DNA from: Desulfatiglandales bacterium
GTDB taxonomy: Bacteria; Desulfobacterota; DSM-4660; Desulfatiglandales; Desulfatiglandaceae
NCBI GenBank assembly: GCA_963666345.1
Contig: OY762721.1
Span: forward strand, 2,240,001-2,304,000
Reading direction: 5' to 3'
Length of the DNA stretch: 64,000 nt
A program made the translations under genes and the position numbers. A model generated the notes under the pieces. That model was not told the origin of the DNA and searched no databases. It saw nothing but the letters and a program-made list of their open reading frames with translations. Positions 60,429-64,000 of the stretch are shown one piece after another; the stretch's first letter is position 1, and the number at the start of each line of letters is the position of its first letter.

Positions 60429-61208
60429 ATGAAAGATCGAAGCCTTAGTTTTTTTGTACCACAATGGCCTGTCATTTATGAAGATAATCACCTCCTGGCC
60501 ATGTATAAACCATCCGGCCTTCTGATTCAAGGAGATCGGACAGGGGATATCCCGCTTCTCGATCTGTGCAAGATCTGGCTCAAGGAAAGATACGGAAAAA
60601 CGGGCCGTGTTTTTTTGGGCACTGTGCACAGGCTCGACCGGCCGGCTGCGGGTGTGATCCTTTTTGCGCGCACCTCCAAGGCCGCCGGCCGCCTGAGCGA
60701 ACAGTTCAGATCGGGAATTCCGAAGAAACGGTATCTGGCGGTTGTTGAAGGATCGGTCAGCCCAGCCTCGGGCACCCTGATTAATAATATGGAGAGAAAA
60801 GGCCCCACAAGCAGGATTGTTGAAAGCCGGTCCTCCTCAAGCCGTGAGGCAAGGCTCACTTACAGGTTGCTCGGTGTCTCAAGGAACAGAAGTTATCTTG
60901 AGATCGACCTTGATACAGGAAGGCACCACCAGATAAGGGCGCAGCTAGCAAACCTTGGATTCCCCGTTTTAGGGGATCTCAGGTACGGCGCCTCAGGGCC
61001 TCTTCCAAAGAGGCAGATAGCCCTGCTTGCAAGCTGTCTTACCGTAGAACACCCCACGCTTAAAAGAGATGTGAGCTTTTACTGCCCCTTGCCCCTCGGC
61101 TGGCCCTGGAGAAAATCGGATGAGGCCGATTCCCCCCCCTGGAACTGGATTGATCTGAAGCAGGAAGTGCTTTCCAGGATCGGGGATATCAGCACTCTTA
61201 ACTTTTAG
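60429..61208 (+). CDS. RluA-family pseudouridine synthase without S4 domain
   Basis: IYEDNHLL..KPSG, HRLDRP and TGRHHQIRAQL..G.P..GD..YG. Confidence 0.92.
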   Translation: MKDRSLSFFVPQWPVIYEDNHLLAMYKPSGLLIQGDRTGDIPLLDLCKIWLKERYGKTGRVFLGTVHRLDRPAAGVILFARTSKAAGRLSEQFRSGIPKKRYLAVVEGSVSPASGTLINNMERKGPTSRIVESRSSSSREARLTYRLLGVSRNRSYLEIDLDTGRHHQIRAQLANLGFPVLGDLRYGASGPLPKRQIALLASCLTVEHPTLKRDVSFYCPLPLGWPWRKSDEADSPPWNWIDLKQEVLSRIGDISTLNF

Positions 61209-61460
61209 GAATTTTTCTTTCATTATGGAAAACCTGCTTCTGAAGGCCATATCGGGGAAAATGACTCTGCCTTAATGGCCCTGGAAAGGCTGCATTTATC
61301 GAAGATTTCAGAATGGAGTTTTGAGCCGCCCGGTTTTCAGTGCCTGGACGCGGCTGTATATCCATGTGTGGGTGAGATCGGCTGTTGGTGCCTGTTGAGA
61401 GTAGTGACTCCCAGGGCAGCACTATTCAAGGATCCGTAAAAGGGAGATGGGAGGGCATTA

Positions 61461-61796
61461 CTAAAGATTAAAAATATCGTCTATAAAGGCATCAACAAGT
61501 TTATCACCAATCGCCTCATGGTCAATTTCATAGCTGCCCGATTCAATTTTGTCCCGCAGGGCTGAGACCTTTTCTTCCCTGATATCCGGTTCAGATGCGA
61601 TTATTTCCTTTATCTGCTGCGCCTCTTTTGAGGCCCGGGAAAGACTGACAACGGTATCATTATCCGGTTGGTCTATTGCCGCTGCCTTTTTTCCATCGGA
61701 AAACTGCCTTTCCCCAATCTGTTCGGCAGGATTTGGAGTGGATTTAGGGATATATTTATTAATCTCATAGCTGATAGTCTTGTCATCAATTTTCAC
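61461..61796 (-). CDS. flgM: Anti-sigma28 factor FlgM
   Basis: D.VVSLS..S, DIREEKV..LR.KIESGSYEID...I.DKL. GTG start after an AGGAGG RBS. Confidence 0.9.
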   Translation of the reverse strand: MKIDDKTISYEINKYIPKSTPNPAEQIGERQFSDGKKAAAIDQPDNDTVVSLSRASKEAQQIKEIIASEPDIREEKVSALRDKIESGSYEIDHEAIGDKLVDAFIDDIFNL

Positions 61797-61811
61797 GTGC
61801 GGATCCTCCTG

Positions 61812-62225
61812 TTAAATCATGTTTTTATTTACCGTGTCTTTGGTTATCTCTTCCAACCTGTGCCTCAGGAATTTGGAATCTTCTATGGAAAGTGAATTTA
61901 TTGTTTCACCGTCTTCATCTATCGCCTTGAATATCAGGTCGGAAGGACTCATTTTTGAAACGTCCAGTTGTGCCCCGTATTCATCTTCAAGTTTTTGAAA
62001 AACCTCTTTTTCAACATTTTCCTTAGGGCCGTATTCGGCTATTCTTTCTATTATGCCGGAGGCTATTCTGTCAATCACGGCCTCCCTCCTGGCCCCGGCG
62101 GAAATGCTGACCCTGTCGGGTGCGCGAGTGTTACCGGGATTCGGCCTGCCGGAAAGCCTGCCCTGGCGGATCTGATCGCCATAGACCCTCAAGACATTAT
62201 TAATATGGTAAGCGGATATTATCAT
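61812..62225 (-). CDS. FlgM-associated protein, DVU0524-like
   Basis: I.NVLRVYG.Q and DRVSIS..ARR. Immediately upstream of flgM. Confidence 0.7.
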   Translation of the reverse strand: MIISAYHINNVLRVYGDQIRQGRLSGRPNPGNTRAPDRVSISAGARREAVIDRIASGIIERIAEYGPKENVEKEVFQKLEDEYGAQLDVSKMSPSDLIFKAIDEDGETINSLSIEDSKFLRHRLEEITKDTVNKNMI

Positions 62226-62243
62226 AATTTTCCCTTATTTTCC

Positions 62244-62270
62244 TTTTCGGTCTTTTCCGGGGAAACTTTA
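62244..62270 (-). promoter_or_regulatory. sigma28 (FliA) promoter of the flgM operon
   Basis: TAAAGTTT-N11-ACCGAAAA against the consensus TAAAGTTT-N11-GCCGATAA. Confidence 0.75.
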
Positions 62271-62413
62271 GGAAAAAATTGGCCGTCTTGATTTTTTTGT
62301 TTTTCAATGTTTGGCAAGGGCGATTCTATTAAGATCTGAAGGTTGCCGGTGCCGCCCTGAAATCGGGAATCAGTTGTGAAACTTATCTTAACGCCAAAAT
62401 TTTTGAGTCCAGG

Positions 62414-62429
62414 CGTCATAAAATTGACG
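62414..62429. promoter_or_regulatory. Palindromic enhancer-like site, FleQ/FlrA-box-like
   Basis: CGTCATAAAATTGACG, about 70 bp upstream of a sigma54 promoter. Confidence 0.6.
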
Positions 62430-62500
62430 TTTATGCTGCTATTTTATTTGGAGTCGCTGTAACTCACTAAAATAACCGGGTAAGCTGCTTATAACTATGC

Positions 62501-62516
62501 TGGCACATATGTTGCT
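62501..62516 (+). promoter_or_regulatory. sigma54 -24/-12 promoter
   Basis: TGGCACATATGTTGCT is a full consensus match. Confidence 0.85.
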
Positions 62517-62572
62517 TTATATAAGATTTAGGTCAAGGCTCAAGGAAAGATTAAAAACTAGAGGCATTTTTT

Positions 62573-64000
62573 ATGAAGAAGATAATTCAGGGCGAAAAAC
62601 TATTTGCAGATGGTGAAATAGAAGCCGCGGAAAAGTGCTTTTTAGGCATTTTAGATGAATCTTCTGAAAATGCGGCAGTCCTTAACAATCTTGGAGCGGT
62701 GTACTACGCAAAGAAGAGCATTCAAAAAGCGGAAGACTATTTTTTGAAAGCGCTTGAAACAAAAGCTGATTACTTAGACGCACTTTTAAATCTGACAGAT
62801 TTATACCAAAACGAGAAGAGATGGAAAGATGCGGCTTGCCAGCTGGAGAAGTTTGTTTTGATACATGCGGATGATCCTGATCTCTATAATCGGCTTGCCA
62901 TGAATTACCTGGAGACCGGCAATTTTGAGAACGCCCGAAATGCAATGACCAAATCACTTGAACTAAGACCTGACCAGAAAGCTATTCAGGAAATTTTAGC
63001 AAGTATGGGAGATAAATTATGCATAGAGAATGATAGATTTTCTTCTGCGGCTATAAAGACTGAATGTGATAATGAGCGCCTAAATATTTTGATCAGAGGT
63101 GGTGGTTTTGTAAATAAGGGCGCTGAGACAATGGTGAAAACAGTTCAGCGTGAAATGACCAAAAGAATCCCACATGCAGAGTTTTTCATGGAAGTCCCAC
63201 AACAAATGAAAGAATTTATTGAATCAAAGGGCCTTCATCCCGTTATCTCAAATTCCAGAGCAAGGTATATGAAATTGGATGGAGTGATCGACGTCAGCGG
63301 GTTCGCGCTGGGTGATGCATGGGGGATTGAGAGCTCTCGGTATTATCAGTATCATAATTCTATTTTTGAGTCTTTTGGCAAACCGGTCGTTTTTCTGCCA
63401 CAGGCATGGGGACCCTTCACAAACCAATCAATGCGCCAGCTGAGCGCAGCCGCCATCAACCTTTCGGCCTGTGCGTATGCACGGGATAAACGGTCATATC
63501 AATATATGAGCGAATTGGAAGGTGTAAATCATCAGAATATAGGTCTTGCCCCTGATATTGCGTTTCAGTTCAAAGGAGCCTCTGATGCAAATGCAATGAG
63601 GGCTTTGAAGGAAAGTGGGTTAATTTCGACTGGGAAAAACATGCTGGGAATTATTCCTAACATGCAGGTCTATGTGCGAACGGAAGGGAAGGGGAGTGAG
63701 AACAAATATGTCAAATTGCTTATTGATCTCGCGAAATATTTTCTCAACAAGCCAAATTTTTCAATTGTATTGATTCCCCATCAGGTTCAATCGGTTGAAA
63801 ACCCTGAGATACAGGACGACCGATTTCTCTGTGATCTGATTAAGATTTCACTGGGTAATGAGGCGGATGTAGTGACTTTAATGGACTATTATTCCGCAGA
63901 GATATTGAAAGCAATAATCGGAGAAATGGATCTTATAATCGGTTCCCGTTACCATGGAATTATTGCAGCTCTTTCCCAGATGATACCTACCTTGGTTCTT
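62573..64000 (+). CDS. TPR-repeat plus polysaccharide pyruvyl transferase (WcaK-like) protein, 3' end outside window
   Basis: Absent from the ORF track. Manual translation gives TPRs (AVLNNLGAVYY...) then GGGFVNKGAE, DVSGFALGD, LPQAWGPF, ARD..S, PDIAF and GSRYHG. Confidence 0.85.
   Translation, partial: MKKIIQGEKLFADGEIEAAEKCFLGILDESSENAAVLNNLGAVYYAKKSIQKAEDYFLKALETKADYLDALLNLTDLYQNEKRWKDAACQLEKFVLIHADDPDLYNRLAMNYLETGNFENARNAMTKSLELRPDQKAIQEILASMGDKLCIENDRFSSAAIKTECDNERLNILIRGGGFVNKGAETMVKTVQREMTKRIPHAEFFMEVPQQMKEFIESKGLHPVISNSRARYMKLDGVIDVSGFALGDAWGIESSRYYQYHNSIFESFGKPVVFLPQAWGPFTNQSMRQLSAAAINLSACAYARDKRSYQYMSELEGVNHQNIGLAPDIAFQFKGASDANAMRALKESGLISTGKNMLGIIPNMQVYVRTEGKGSENKYVKLLIDLAKYFLNKPNFSIVLIPHQVQSVENPEIQDDRFLCDLIKISLGNEADVVTLMDYYSAEILKAIIGEMDLIIGSRYHGIIAALSQMIPTLVL

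Noticed and set aside
60408..60629. N-terminal extension of the RsmG fusion in the ORF track
   Set aside because: It overlaps the divergent pseudouridine synthase, and RsmG similarity starts downstream.
61209..61460. Possible ncRNA between the RluA-family gene and flgM
   Set aside because: Only short hairpins, with no recognisable family and no second copy.

Overview
64 kb of chromosome from an anaerobic bacterium. Gene content and order suggest Desulfobacterota; this taxonomy is inferred, not searched. Left to right: partial rlmE; a four-gene CsgG/FlgT/LPP20-like + CHASE2 adenylate cyclase operon; a PAS kinase and receiver divergent from a sigma54 activator and an Orange-protein (orp)-type NifB/NifX-Mrp-NifU-MinD/4Fe-4S cluster; coaE; a CCG/FAD/Fe-S oxidoreductase trio; a housekeeping block (prmC prfA rpmE rho rluD carD hppA pth rplY prs tRNA-Gln ispE DUF1844 serA); outer-membrane genes (FadL-like, FG-GAP, porin); mce, infA, mobA, a CNNM protein, an uncharacterised wHTH-nucleotidyltransferase-like protein and rapZ; a methyltransferase-rich glycan cluster; RNA-modification genes including an RsmG-SpoU fusion; and the edge of a flagellar region (flgM, sigma28 and sigma54 promoters). 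No CRISPR array, rRNA, integrase or transposase was seen. The intergenic DNA holds the most unusual signals: two copies of a ~185-nt rod-folding element 26 kb apart, two cassettes whose inverted octamer-repeat arms enclose decayed four-helix-bundle gene starts, an exact 65-bp repeat, and 9-mer and 7-mer repeat families. All family calls are by eye from motifs; no searches were run.
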